DNA of 64,000 bases, from assembly GCA_051362555.1 (NCBI GenBank), contig CM120643.1, positions 19,286,848-19,350,847 of the forward strand. The letters are read 5' to 3'. Both the position numbers and the translations under genes were made by a program. Below are positions 38,429 to 51,500 of this stretch, piece after piece. Numbering within the stretch: position 1 is the stretch's first letter; every line of letters begins with the position of its first letter. Source of the stretch: Lingula anatina (lineage: Eukaryota > Animalia > Brachiopoda). The notes below the pieces were generated by a model that worked only from the letters and a program-made list of their open reading frames with translations, did not search any database and had not been told where the DNA came from.

Positions 38429-38851
38429 GTGGAAACCTCAACAATACGAGTACAGAAATGTGAGGTACCCAGGTGTGGCACCTGTCCACTAATTAAAGAG
38501 GGGAGCCATATAACATTTAAAAATGGACTTACATTCAGAATCAAACACCCATTCACCTGCACCAGCTCAAATTTAATCTATGTATTAACTTGCAGTGGAT
38601 GCAGTGAGAACTATATAGGACAAACTGGAGACACTCTCCGACATAGAATGACCGTTCACAGACAACAAATAAGACAACCTAAATATCAGTGCACGTCTGT
38701 GAGTGGGCACATTAGGGAATGCTCTATGAACAAAAACAAGGATTTTACGGTATTCCCATTTTATAAATTCACCAGGGAAACAACCCAAACAGAAAGGGAA
38801 ATAAAAGAAAATCTATTCATTAATAAGTATAAACCTACATTGAATAGATAA
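38429..38851 (+). pseudogene. GIY-YIG endonuclease domain of a Penelope-like element (uninterrupted fragment)
   Basis: CEVPRCGTC...FTCTSSNLIYVLTCSGCSENYIGQTGDTLRHRMTVHR...VSGH...REIKENLFINKYKPTLN contains the LIY-YIG core with the CCHH residues typical of PLE endonucleases. Confidence 0.9.
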
Positions 38852-38941
38852 AAGCATTGGTAAAAGTAACAATTAAACACTCATTGTTAAAGACGTCACA
38901 TTTAAGCCTTTATGACATCACCTAGTAACAAATAAACAAAA

Positions 38942-38972
38942 CCCCCTGAAGAAAGAAAGAAACCGGTCGGGG
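38942..38972 (+). ncRNA. Minimal type I hammerhead ribozyme motif (stem II degenerate) in the Penelope 3' region
   Basis: CCCC-CTGAAGA-aagaaa-GAAA-CCGG-TC-GGGG: stem I CCCC/GGGG, CUGANGA and GAAA core boxes, palindromic stem III ACCGGT and a GUC cleavage triplet, in the expected position within a PLE. Confidence 0.7.
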
Positions 38973-39041
38973 CAAGAAAGTTGCTGTTCTTCTTTTTCTT
39001 TTATTATATAAAATATTACTCGTACAGGAAAAACGTTTTCA

Positions 39042-39111
<70 letters not shown>

Positions 39112-39619
39112 GTTTAATTCCATTTGGCAAATTTTTTACTTTGTAAAATGTACAACTAACACATATATTATATATCTACAAAAGTAATAAAGTAAAATGA
39201 AAGAAGGTTAACAATCTATCTAATCAATAAATTAAGTTAAATTAAAAATACTGCACTTTCCTCCCATTATGCTATGTGCAACATCTCTTGAGTGTGAAGT
39301 ACCATATGAATACAAAACAAAAATGAGATGCTGACCAACTCGAGAACATACTGGACTACTGTACATTTATCAGTATGAGATACCACAACAACAAAGAAAC
39401 CAATCTAAATGTCAGCTGTAAAAGTACATACCATTAAGTAGACTTTTTTATTGCACTCTACTCGAAACCAAACATGAAGACTAATTCTTCTGGTACAAGT
39501 TTCGGTAAAATCCATCCCATTGTTCATGAATTACATCATTTGTAATTGTTAAGTTGGCACAGTTCTGATACAATCCATGTACCAAGACAGAGAGCAGAAG
39601 TGACCTTGAAGGTCACAGT

Positions 39620-42344
39620 CTATTCCAGTGGTGTCATGGACAGAGAGGCCACATACCCCAGAGCTGTCTGAAGTGATGTCAGACAGTACCCTTCCTCACC
39701 CATTAAATAGCTGGAAAATAAAAAATACGTTCATAAATCGACAATCAAGAAATTTCTCATCTTACCCTTCACAAATAAGATGTCCATGGCAAGCAACAAT
39801 TCTGTTGCAGCTATTGAACATATTACTATCAATCCAATGCAATGCCTCATCTCTTGTGAATGGACTTTCACAACCAACCAAGGGATGCCTGGGGATGTTT
39901 CTGTTAATTCACTCTAATATCTCACTCGGACCCATAGCCAGCAATTTCAAGATTTTTTTTTCTTTCTTTTTTTTTTTTTTTTTTTTTAAAGTTAACCTTT
40001 TACAATGAAACCTTTAAGTACCTAAATCAAATAATACCCAGAATGGACCTTTTCCTGACCATAATGGTGGTTCTTTTGAACCCCCTGAACCCCCCTGGCT
40101 ATGGGCCTGTCACTGCTTATGAATGATATATATTTTTCTGTGGCAATGAATGAATTATATTTGGCAAGCATTAGTTCTGAACAGCTGTTAGTAAACATAT
40201 TACACGACACTTTGTACTATAAATTCACTACAATACCTCACCTTTCATGGATAAATTCCTCCATAGCGTACCCCTCTGACACTATCTGGGGTATCCCAGC
40301 ATGCAATACTACATAGCTCAAGATTGGCAGCAGATCGTCTGCTCCTCTGTAACAATGATGTTTATAATCATAAATATTAAATAGTCTTTAAAACATCACG
40401 GAATAATGCACTTCATTCAAAGTATAACACAATACATTGTTTAATAACACTGCTTAATCCAGCCTCGGGTTTTTCCAGCATTCTGGCATACGTATGCCAA
40501 GAAAAGTTATGTACTGAAAGATAACCCCCCTTACCCCATATCCCTTATTGTTTGTAATGAAATTCTTCCAAAGCCCTAATGTCAGGTTTAACAGGTTTAT
40601 ACTTAAACAATAAGAGAATCTAATCTTTTCAGGACCTTGGCTGTACTAGTAAATGCACCAAAACTTTCATAAAAAAAAAAGCAAACTCTTGTCCACATTT
40701 AAAGAAGGGAAATTCACTCACAAGTTTGGCACTGGAGAAGCCTGGTCATTCTTTTTGGCATACGACTCCTCAACACACTGACAGATCAATTTTGACACTT
40801 TCACTATAAGACAAGATGTACAATATTCAATATGGATTTTTATATATTTCCCCAAAATATGTTACAAAAATAAGGGACTACAAAACCAATGAACAACAGG
40901 TGACTACTGGTACAGTAAAATTAAGAAAATTGTACATCTTTATGATAACATTTGTGCTTTGACAGCAATTTTTAGAATATCAACTTTTATTTTACATCAG
41001 AAGTTGCGACAATAAAAAGCAGACTGAGAGGTCGGTTGACCCATCTAAACTGGAAATACAAGTTGGGATTAACCTACCTAGACTCTCTAACTTATTGAGA
41101 GGGCAGACATGTTGGAATAAAGCCCTCATTTCCAGTATAGCAGCCTCATATGGCACCTCCTCCTCTGGGAGCTGGAGCCTAGAGGCCACACCCAATTGAC
41201 CTGGGCTGACATTGATGTACCGGGTCATTGCCTTGGCAACCTTCACCTCTTTCTTCCTGTGCACAATCCTGTAAGATAGATAGATAAATATGTGGTAATA
41301 CTTATGTGAAATTTTATAAATAAAAGAGATTGAACAACTTAGTATCATTTTGAAAGCTAAAGAGTTCAGTTTCTTCATAACTTTCTGATGAATAATCAAA
41401 AAATATTTCTGAATTCAGTTCCTCAGGTGAGGTCCAAAATGAGTTCAATTTATGAGTTTAATGAGTTCAATTTATGGTGAAAACCCTGTTTATGCATTTC
41501 TATGACTGGGAACTTTTGTCTGAAAACAGAATGATATCATTCCTACCTGAACAAAGAGAGCAAGAGTGGCCAGAGAGGCTGGAAGAAGGGTTCCTCCATG
41601 GAGGCCCTGCACTGATCTCTTCCAGCAGGAGAGTCCAACTCCTCATAGGCTACAATGAACAGAGACATCAACTGGTCTAGACACACATGGACATCCTTGG
41701 TGATGTTATGCAGGTGCCTCTCTAGAGCAGCGGTCAGTTGCTCTGGACTGTCCATCACTGGAGTGGCCTGGTCTTGGCTTGCTGTGGTGTCTGTGCCAGG
41801 GGGCATCTCATCATCACCATCATCTGAATCTTCAAAAAGATCGTCCATGTCGTTCACATCATATTTTTCTCGACTCGGATCTAAGTTGTCCTTCGCAGCG
41901 TCTTCACACTTTTTAACCACTTTTGGAACGTTTGTGTTCTCAAGTGATTGGCTTTTGAGCTTTGAGGAAAGCCTTTCACCTTTCCTTATTGCACTTTCTA
42001 AATTCTCTTTCACATCACCGGAAATACCTCCCAAGTCTTTATCACAGCTGTTTTCTGATTGGTTAGCGGATGTGCTCTCTGAGGCACCAGATTTCTCCAG
42101 TTCAGTATTAGTGTCAGAAGCATTGGTTGCAAGACTGTCGTAGTCACTGGTTTGGGCTTCTTCTTCCTCCTCCTCCTCCTCATCATCATCTAGGGGCCAA
42201 GGAACAGTAACAGGCACCATACTTTGGCCATGTCTTAGAACCAGTGGCTCGATCTTGAGTTTTATTTGGCCTTGGTATTTTATAAGCAATACTGTGATTG
42301 GATGATCTGTGGAACTGAAACATCAAAAATTGTGTAAGTGTTGG

Positions 42345-42391
<47 letters not shown>

Positions 42392-45300
42392 ACATGCACT
42401 CGCAAAGCAAAAATTCAGTATTTACTTTTTTCTGTTAACAACTGTGGAAAAACTACATTCAGCTTGGGCAACCCCATTAAAATAGTTTTCCAGCATCATA
42501 TTAGTAGATGCATGTACCTGAGAATTTGTCTCACTAGACTGTGAATAAGTGTGGCATCTTGAGGAGATTCTTTCAGTTTCTCTCTCCATGACAAAGTCCA
42601 CTTCTGAAATTTGTATATGATGACCTTAATCACATAAATAAACTGTGAAACCTCCTGTGGCACACAAACAGTTTTTTTTCATATTTCATTTAAAAAGAAG
42701 ACTACTGATAACAAATGAATGTAATATTAATTTACTTTTGAACTAGAATACATGTTGGTAAGAGAGTACAAAAATTTTTTAAAAATTAATAATTTTAAAA
42801 ATATGATTCCCAAAATATATAAATTCCATTTTTTTTTTTGCTAATATTCTATGGTGTCTTAACCCCCCCCCCCCCAACCCACCACCACCTAAATGGGAGA
42901 ATTCTTACATTTTGTTCTTCATAATTCAACACTTGAGTGAAGAATGCTTGTTTTTCTTCTTCTCCAGCAAAGCGCCTACAAAACATTTATATCAAAACCA
43001 ATAGCTAAAGACATTATTTTACAAAATATCCCCCCCGAATATCTCATGAGGAAAAATGCATTTTTGAAATGGATTAGAGCTAGGGTAAAAGAATATAAAA
43101 TCAACATAATTTTCCTGCTGGTAGATCACAAGTCTTAAATATGATGACAATACCTTTTACAGTCCTCTGACTTTGTTATCAAATCTATCTTGTGGTAAAA
43201 AATAACTTGTCCTTGTGATTGTAAATCTGACAGAGAAAAACATGTAAAATCACATGAATAAGCATCCACAATAAAAAATATTACATAACCCGTATCCTGA
43301 GAACATTAATTGGTACTACCTTGCAGCAATGTCTTGATGTCTCTGCTGCCTCTCCCTGATCTTCCTCTCAAGCTGCTTCAAGTCAAGGAGAATTTTTCCA
43401 TCTTGGAAAACAAGACATTTTTTGATAAATTCGGTAAAAATAAAGCAAGGATCAAAACACAACCTCTCGCTTGTATCAAACAGCACTTCCCTTCTGTTAA
43501 CACTAAAGACCAAAAAATGATGTTCTATTCCTAAAGCCATATACCCATAAACCTGAAGCATAGTATTAAATATTATATAGCAGATAATAATAATTTCATA
43601 ATTATGTTTATATATCATTTAATAAGCTAACCACAAATTGGTTGAACGGATAGATTGTACATCCAAAAGTAAGATATATTCCTCTCAATGTTCACCAAGT
43701 TTCCATCTGCTCCCCAATCAGCAGCCATAGTCAACCTGCAGGGTATTTCTAATATCATTACCCATTTTTTTCATTAAAATTAATACTCATATTCATTCAT
43801 AACTAAAATGTGAATTTTGAATAACCTGCACATTTTGTATGCGCGCGCATGTGTATGTGTGTCAGTAAGTCATAAAATTTAGCTGTTACACTATCACAAA
43901 TTTAAACTTGCTAACTGTGTAAAAAAAATAATAATAACAATGCATAAGACTTCAGATGTCATATTTCTGTTGCTTTCACTTTAAAATGATTTCACATTTT
44001 GTACAAATCAGACTTACCTAATCTATACATGTTTTCAGATCTCTCTTTAGCACTTCCCTTCACTGGTCAACATTGTAATAGCATCCTACCATCTGTGTCA
44101 TCTTTAACTTCTACCATAAAACTATGCTCCAACAAAATTAATACGGTAATGTTCAGAGCACTGGTATAAAGTACTAGTTCAAGTTGTTCTTTTGGCACAT
44201 CTCGTCTTTGCCTAAATACATGAAGAACAGTTGCTGAGGAGAGTGAACTGGTCCTCCTTAGTATCCCAGGGAAAATCAAAAGTAAACAGACACTTGACTG
44301 CCCTTGTATGTGGCGTTAAATTATACTGAGTGATGTAATCTCATTAAATGACAGGTTTCTGAACCCTGGCAAACATACTTATCTACTACATAAGTATGCA
44401 CATTAAATGTGAGTTTAAAACAACAACAAGTGCATGTAAATTAATCCATTCTGCCTATATAAAATTATGCACACAGTACAGTGTACCTACCATTAAAATG
44501 TTGTGTATAATAACTATACAACCTCATCTTAACAACTTTATCCCTCAGTGGTTAATTTTGCTTTCACACACTGTAATTAAGATTGAGGTTCTCTTTGATG
44601 CAGTACTTTATCACTCCCCAGAACCTCCTACATCTCCTATCTACCTGTGATATGCCTTCTTATCTATACCTGTCCTAGAAGAGGCTGATGTAGAGGAAGG
44701 GGGTAATCATGCTAATAACAGTAATATTTAGAGCATAAATTGCCATGCTATGCATGTACAGGGTGTCTACACTGCAAGGCAAATAGTATGCAAATACAGT
44801 TATCTTATGCAAACATGGAAGTATATTTTCCTTCATATAATTACTTGTATTGTTATATTGTGGTCTAGTGTTATTGCATGGTACTTTAGTTTCAACTTAT
44901 TGTATATATATATGCTGGTATATACTGTACTCGTCCAACAGGGCACTTTCACCAGTACATGGTGATAAATATGTCACAATACATATTTACATAAAATCCC
45001 CTTTCTCCATGCATCTCTTCTTCACATATACTTGGTTATCACCAGTAATACAACATCATTTTTAATATTAAATGAGCTTCCATCATCTCACTCTTTATAA
45101 AATTGTTGTAAATAGGTTAGAGGATCATGCTTTCTATATACTTATGACTTCTTAGACACCTGGTCACTGCCAAACTAGCACATTTCAGTAACATTTCAAA
45201 CTGTCGTTTCTAACACATTGTACCTACAGATGATGTTCTCTCTTTGTCAATTAAAGAGAGACTAGAACATTACTAGAAAAATTCACGCCTAACACTACAA

Positions 45301-47612
45301 GGTTATCACAGAACCAGTAAGGATACAGCTGCCTCCCTTGCCTTTGCCAGGGCCAAGTTTTCTGCAAGTCTTCTTTGAAGGTTCATGCTCTGAAAGAAAA
45401 GAAATACAAAAATATGATAAATATATTAATAGTAATTTAAGGTAGATATACAAATGAATATTTGAGTAGGTAAATATACTAGTATTAAGTCCTTTTATCA
45501 CATATTTCACATTGTTACTGATAAAAGAATCTAATAATTGATAATGAATACATAGCACATGAAACTATACAGAATGTTAAATTTTATTCTTTTTCTTTGC
45601 ACCAGTTTTCATTCACCATCTTACCATCAGAGCAGCTCTCTTGTTATCAACTTTCATCTTAGCCATCCTTGCCTTGTATGCCGTCATCAGCTGTTGGTTC
45701 TCCAGGTACGCCTGCTCAAGGGGTGTTAACACTTTCTCCTTGCTGTAATAAGGCATGCCTAAATGTTAAGTCTTCAAGGTAAACTGAGCACTGCTGTCAC
45801 ATTAATCCCAACATATGGTGAAAACTTGAAAATTTCATTGCGTAAAAATTAATTAATATTTTAAATTGCGTAAATCCAATAAATTTTTCAAAATTACATT
45901 TCCCCGACTCCTGAGCATGACAAAATATTCAAAACTCCGACCGTATTTAGAAACATATTGCATATTATTATCTTCAGCTTCTTAATGAGCTATCAATACT
46001 TGGACAATAAGAAAACTATCAAATCTTAAAAGATTGTACGGTAAATTAGAACACAGTGTCTTGTCCAGCACACATCTTCACATATCTTCCACACTGCCGC
46101 CATAAAATCATATCTCACCGATAGCAATAGAACATCACAAAATCTTATCCAACACACTGTCACACCTAACACAATGTCAAACCTAACACACTGTCACACT
46201 TAACACTTTATCACACCTAACACAATGTCAAATCTAACACACTATCACAGTACCCAACACAATGTCAAACCTAACACAATGTCTCACCTAACACAATGCC
46301 TCACCTAGCTATCCCTGGTTGTTGTCCAGCTGAGGGCTGAGAGACTACAGCTGATGATGGTGGAGGGTTGATGACATTGCGGGATACAGGACCCACTCCA
46401 CTCTGGGAGGACACCCCTGGGGGTGTCTGGGGGTAAACACCTGGGGGTGGCTGGGGGTAAACACCTGGGGGTGGCTGGGGTGACTGGACCATCGAATGGC
46501 TTCCTTGTGTTGCAGAAGGTTCTGTTGGATAAAAAATTAAACAGTTATCAACAATACTGTAGTCTTAAAAGATGATATCCTGTGATATAAAAAAAAAATA
46601 AAAAATAAAAAATGCATGCATGCTGGTATGCATATAAAAGGCTTGTTACAGCATTGGATGACAAAGTGTTCCTTTACAACCAAACCCACATTATAAATAA
46701 CCTGGATACACAAAAAGATGCATCATTGCTCAAGAATGAAAAAGGAAAAAAATCACTGGAGAAAATCAATTAAAATCACAATCAAAATCTTTGAGTTAAG
46801 TATTTTGTGCCAAGTAAGAGCCACCTTGACCATTATGCATAGATATGCTAGAAATAAGTATGTGTCATAGTTCACACACTCAGAAACAGAAGAAGTCTTT
46901 AAAATCTTACTTCCAACATCATCTGCTAGTGCTCCCAGACGTTCCATACATTTCTGTCCCAGCTGCACAAACTTCTTTCTCACATGGGTCATCTCCTGCG
47001 ACGGTGCTAAAGTGATAGTGAAGCATGATTAAAAAAACTTACAATAACAATTCCTTTGCATTCCCATATTAAATAATTCAATCATCAATCTATAGTAAGT
47101 AGTAATTATTTATTCTCAACTTACAGCTCATTCCCAAATTGAAACTATAAGTATTGTTGTATGTACATCAATTCAACTCTGCAGGGACTCTCACTGAATA
47201 CAAGCAGATAAGCAGATTAACACACCTACTGGCATTGAGTAAAATATACAGAGAAATTGGGGATTATACAAGAATGTTGGAAACAATAAAGAGGAAGTAA
47301 GTGGAGATGTCTTCACTCGTACACACATTACAAGTCTCACCTTTGATTTCATCTAGTAAGTTCTGTGCTATATACATGATACACTGTACATAATACACAT
47401 ATGCATCCTACAAAAGTAATGAGAGACAGTAAATGAGCCGTATGTCACTCCTATAATAGCTGTCAGTGTTAATTCAAATAGCAACATTCAGAACAAATTC
47501 AATAACTTTCAAGGACTTTCAATGTTCTAATTGAAGTACTTTTCAAGAATTTTTAACCCAATGATAACCATTTACATGCAGTCATTTATAAGTGTTCATA
47601 TACCAAAGGAAA

Positions 47613-47703
<91 letters not shown>

Positions 47704-48195
47704 TTTTTAATCTTTTTATTTTTAAAACAGTGATGATAAAACATGAAGAGAATAATTTTTTAAAAGGTATTATCTCCTTCTGTGAATCATTGTTTTAACT
47801 CAGGTGAGAAACAATGGTACAATGTTTGAAATGATTTTTGACACATTGCTTTATTAGTGATCAATTTCAAGTGCTTTCAATGACCAAAATTGTGGAATAC
47901 AAGTCCTTTTCTAGGCTAATAGCCATTCTGAGTATTTTTCAAAGCCACAAACAAAATTCATGGTACAGGGCTAAATTCAAGCACTTCCCAATGCTGTATG
48001 AACCCCGGGTGTGTTTTTTATGTTGGAGGAGGGGTGAGGGGGGAGAGGGGAAGGAGGGCGAGATGGGAAAAGCAGAGACAGCCTCTTCCGGTCTCCCCTC
48101 ACCTGATTGTGGTGATCTTGGTCCAGTTTGACGGCATTTGCCACAGCCCTTAGAGCACTGTGTAAATTACGTCCTAAATCAGTACCTCCATCCAT
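39620..48195 (-). CDS. VPS9D1: VPS9 domain-containing protein 1 (MIT-like N-terminus + VPS9 Rab-GEF domain), ~14 exons
   Basis: Exons (some approximate): 48195-48103, 47407-47341, 47006-46911, 46521-46305, 45742-45625, 45389-45327, 43372-43320, ~42976-42909, ~42603-42518, ~42315-41567, ~41268-41078, ~40804-40722, ~40346-40242, 39710-39620. Peptides: [140 protein letters not shown]. Confidence 0.88.
39929..40108. mobile_element. Small MITE-like remnant in the last VPS9D1 intron
   Basis: Short inverted ends GGACCCATAGCCAG / CTGGCTATGGGCC, plus a CCCCCTGAACCCCCCTGG subterminal motif. Confidence 0.4.
46150..46300. repeat. ~17-bp degenerate minisatellite (aacacaatgtcaaacct)n abutting a VPS9D1 donor site
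   Basis: About 8-9 degenerate units are visible. Confidence 0.85.
47621..47698. repeat. (TA)n microsatellite
   Basis: Directly visible. Confidence 0.95.
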
Positions 48196-48539
48196 TGTGT
48201 TACCGGTGGAAAAACATAGGATTAGGAACACTTTTTCTCTCAGTAGTTGGAAACGTAAGGGTTGCTGTAGTAGTTACTGTCCCCGACACTAGATGGTGCG
48301 TTTTGTATGACGTTCTTTTTTGGTTTTCTAAACTTGCAACTGTATACAATTAATCCATTGCAACATTATCATAACAACATATATATTTATATCATATGCC
48401 AGGAAATAGAATGAAAAATATACAATTAACAAATAGCAACGCCAATTCATTCTTGCCAGTACCAGTATAGTAGTGCCACCTACAAACCGAAGTTTACCGA
48501 ATCGACACGGAAGTAACCGAATTAAGCGTACACAGCATC
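48196..48539. promoter_or_regulatory. Bidirectional promoter region shared by VPS9D1 and ACIN1
   Basis: Divergent start codons are separated by 344 bp. ETS core CGGAAGT at 48508, YY1-like ATGGCGG over the ACIN1 start, and local CpG enrichment against CpG-poor gene bodies. Confidence 0.7.
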
Positions 48540-51500
48540 ATGGCGGACGACGGAGAACTTACTGTCGGCGGAAAACTTTTAAAGGAACTTCGCGTGGTTG
48601 ATCTCAAAAAAGAGCTTGAAAAGAGAGGGCTTTCAAAAGCTGGAAGCAAAAATCAGCTAGGAGAACGGTTGAAGGCGGTGAGTATGCTGTCTGGTATGTT
48701 GCTAAGTCTCGAGGTCCTGTACGCTGTTCAGACGATTCTTGACCTAATTTACGAACCCCAAATTCAAAAGGCGGGAATGTCCATTAAACATCAACCACTG
48801 AACCCACACGCAAAGCCATTTGGATCTTTACTATCTGACAACTCCGATTTCCTACAAAGTCACAGATCAACTCCCATAGACGCTATATATTGACGTAAAT
48901 TTATTAAGATTAGCCAAACGCCTAGGGGCAGGTCAGCCTAGCAATTTAGCATGATTGGTCGACCATAGCTAACCCCGATGTCACAATTAAACTGGGGGTT
49001 ATTTTATATCGGAACTGCATGAAAAATAAATGAATTTATATTTATGTCACCCAAAGCATACCAAGCTTGCTATTTCCTTACAAGAATTCAAAGTATAACT
49101 TCCTTGTTCTTTTTGTTTGGGTCCTTTCATTCATCAGTCGACTTTATGCTTGCTGCAACCATTGAAATTTAAAATGATGAAATGTTAGTGTTAAAAAAAG
49201 CAAATATTATGAAAAAAAATTAATTTAATTACTCCTTAAATTTACAGTGCTGGTGTCCAGTATTAGACATAAAGATATAGTAGTTATTAAGTGTGTGATT
49301 GTCTTTGTACAAAGGCATTATGCTCTGGGAACGTGATTGCAGTAGGTGAGATAAGCTCTCTGTGAATGATTTCTTCATGTTTATCAAGGCATTGTGTTAG
49401 GTGTGTTGTATATTGAATTGGGTTTATTCTGTGCCACTTGTTTATTTGCTTGTGAAAATTGACAAATTGATAGAAATAAGCAGTTGAGCTTAATTGAAAC
49501 TCTCAAAATTTATATTTTAAAAGATTCTACAGAAAATAAGGTGGTGTAAAAGCAGTATGTAAGGCAGTAAAATTCTACGTTCAGTGTAAAGTGCTAAGTG
49601 AAATTTACCCATGCTGTAAAACTATTAAGTCAGTAGCCCTCCCAAAAAAGCTGTCTTTTTTTCATGGTATTCTAATAGACATGGTCATGTTGCTTTCATT
49701 GCCAAACATTGTGAGGTAGAATTAGCCATTACACCTTACATATGTTTTTTTCCTAGTGTTTGTTCACATGACACATAGGGGAATTGATCTATGTGCCAAC
49801 TGCGCATCTTTCCAATGATTGCAATTAGTGATGATAAACAGATGTGAAACGGAACTCTTTGTCCCGGAGGCAGGGGGGCTTGGTTTTCTGTATAAGAGTT
49901 ATAAAGGGAAATGAACACTACTAATATGATGTTATGGACCCCAGAAAGAAAGTAAAAGATATTCGTCAGCAGCAGCAGCCAGTGCCTGGAGGAAGGGGCA
50001 TTCCTGTACAGAATGTCCGTGCAGCTGCAGTCAATGTGAACATGGCCAGGAGAGGGGTGTACCAGTACCCCCCACAGAACCCCCCTCACAACCCTGCCAT
50101 GGCAGCTGGTGTGAGCACAGCGGGAAAAGGTGGACCCGCTCCCAAAAATGTGCCTGCTCACATGGTTGGAAAAGGGGGAGTGACCCCCCAGGGGACTTTG
50201 TCCAGTGTGCCCAGGGTAAAGTAACCAGGGACCAAGTGATACAGAATGGATCATCATTTTGACAGATTTTGATTTTAAACTTTTTATTTTAAACCCCAGC
50301 CTACAGGTTATGTGTCAGTGTGTTAGGTAATGATGCTCGTATTTCGAAATATTGTCTATAGTGATTCCAAAAATGATGTACATGTAGGTGTAAACAGGGT
50401 TTTACTGTCTTACAGAGCTATTAATTGATAGGTTTTGTTTCCGGTTCAATTGATAATAATAATACTAGATATACTTATTACGTTTTTTAATTCCAGCAAT
50501 TGTTGCTTGAGAATGCTAGGAATAAGCCAGTGGAAGAAGGACACGTGCCAAACCTTGATGTGAGTTGATTATTATTATGTTTTTCATGATTACTGAACTG
50601 GTCTTTTTACCAGAGTTACTCACTATATGTTTGACTATATTTTCCTTATGTGTTATCCAAATACATATTTTTTTTTTTTTTTTTACGAAAAAAGGCAAAG
50701 TGTTTGGAATTTTAAGTAATGACATGTAAAGTGTGAAATATGTATATAATTTTTTTAATCATCTAAATAGGTCATTATATAGACAAAGATTAACACAGGG
50801 ATACTTTTGAATTTTTTCACCAGCTACAAAATGAAGCTCCAAATGACTTGATAAAACAGTATCTAGAACAACAGCAGAAGGCATATTCTTTACAGAAGGA
50901 AGCCAGGAAAAAACTGGAAGGTAAAGATAGGATTTGTCTACAAAATTCATGTCGATCTCTCAGGGTCACACCTGCAGATTTATTGTCCAAGTGCTTATTT
51001 ATCACTTACTGGTAAAAAAAAAAGGCAAATGATTTTAGATGATATATTTTCAATAGAAATCTAAATACTAATTTGGCATACAGCAAATGTTACCACCAGC
51101 CAGGTAAAAAGCAACAGTAGTTCTCAGTCCAGCTTATATAAAACCTCACCAACAGATGATTCAATAACTGCATGATTAAAAGCACTGAGCTGTTAGTAAT
51201 TATCCAAAATATTCATCTTGGAGATAGAATTTTATTAAATTGGCTCAAATTTACCATAACATGGCTTTAAAAAGGCTATTGAGCGTAGGTCTTATTGTCA
51301 AAAAGATGAAGAAATACATTTGTACTGTAACCAACTTCCAGAAGAGCAAGCGTTAACAAGTTCAGGTGCAGACGATAGTCATGTGACATCAGGAGAGGAA
51401 TCGCAGTCAGCATCAGAGGAGAAACAGGCACCGACTCCACAAAAAGAAACCCCAGCACCAACCGAGAAATCTGAGAAAAAAGAAGAAGAGAAACTAGAGA

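Larger units (their letters stand above)
37953..39048. mobile_element. 5'-truncated, internally inverted Penelope-like (Neptune-type) retroelement
   Basis: The plus strand 38392-38851 encodes a CxxxxCxxC linker plus GIY-YIG endonuclease. The minus strand ~38390-38001 encodes the preceding RT C-terminal/linker region (RQYPRQLIQTGI...IPYISTYNP...KSKRQSPSLKQILTKAK). Perfect 48-bp terminal inverted repeats (37953-38000 / 39001-39048), a 67-bp internal inverted repeat (38001-38067 / 38392-38458) and (TA)n on both sides. Confidence 0.9.

Noticed and set aside
39600-39616. Palindrome GTGACCTTGAAGGTCAC 3 nt after the VPS9D1 stop, as a readthrough hairpin
   Set aside because: The loop is 1 nt, the stop context (TAG A) is not a known leaky one, and TGACCTT motifs are frequent in this genome.
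44067-44279. Minus-strand 70-aa ORF as a VPS9D1 exon
   Set aside because: The flanking exons (…AKAREAA / LERKIRER…) join contiguously as in homologues, and the peptide shows no similarity.
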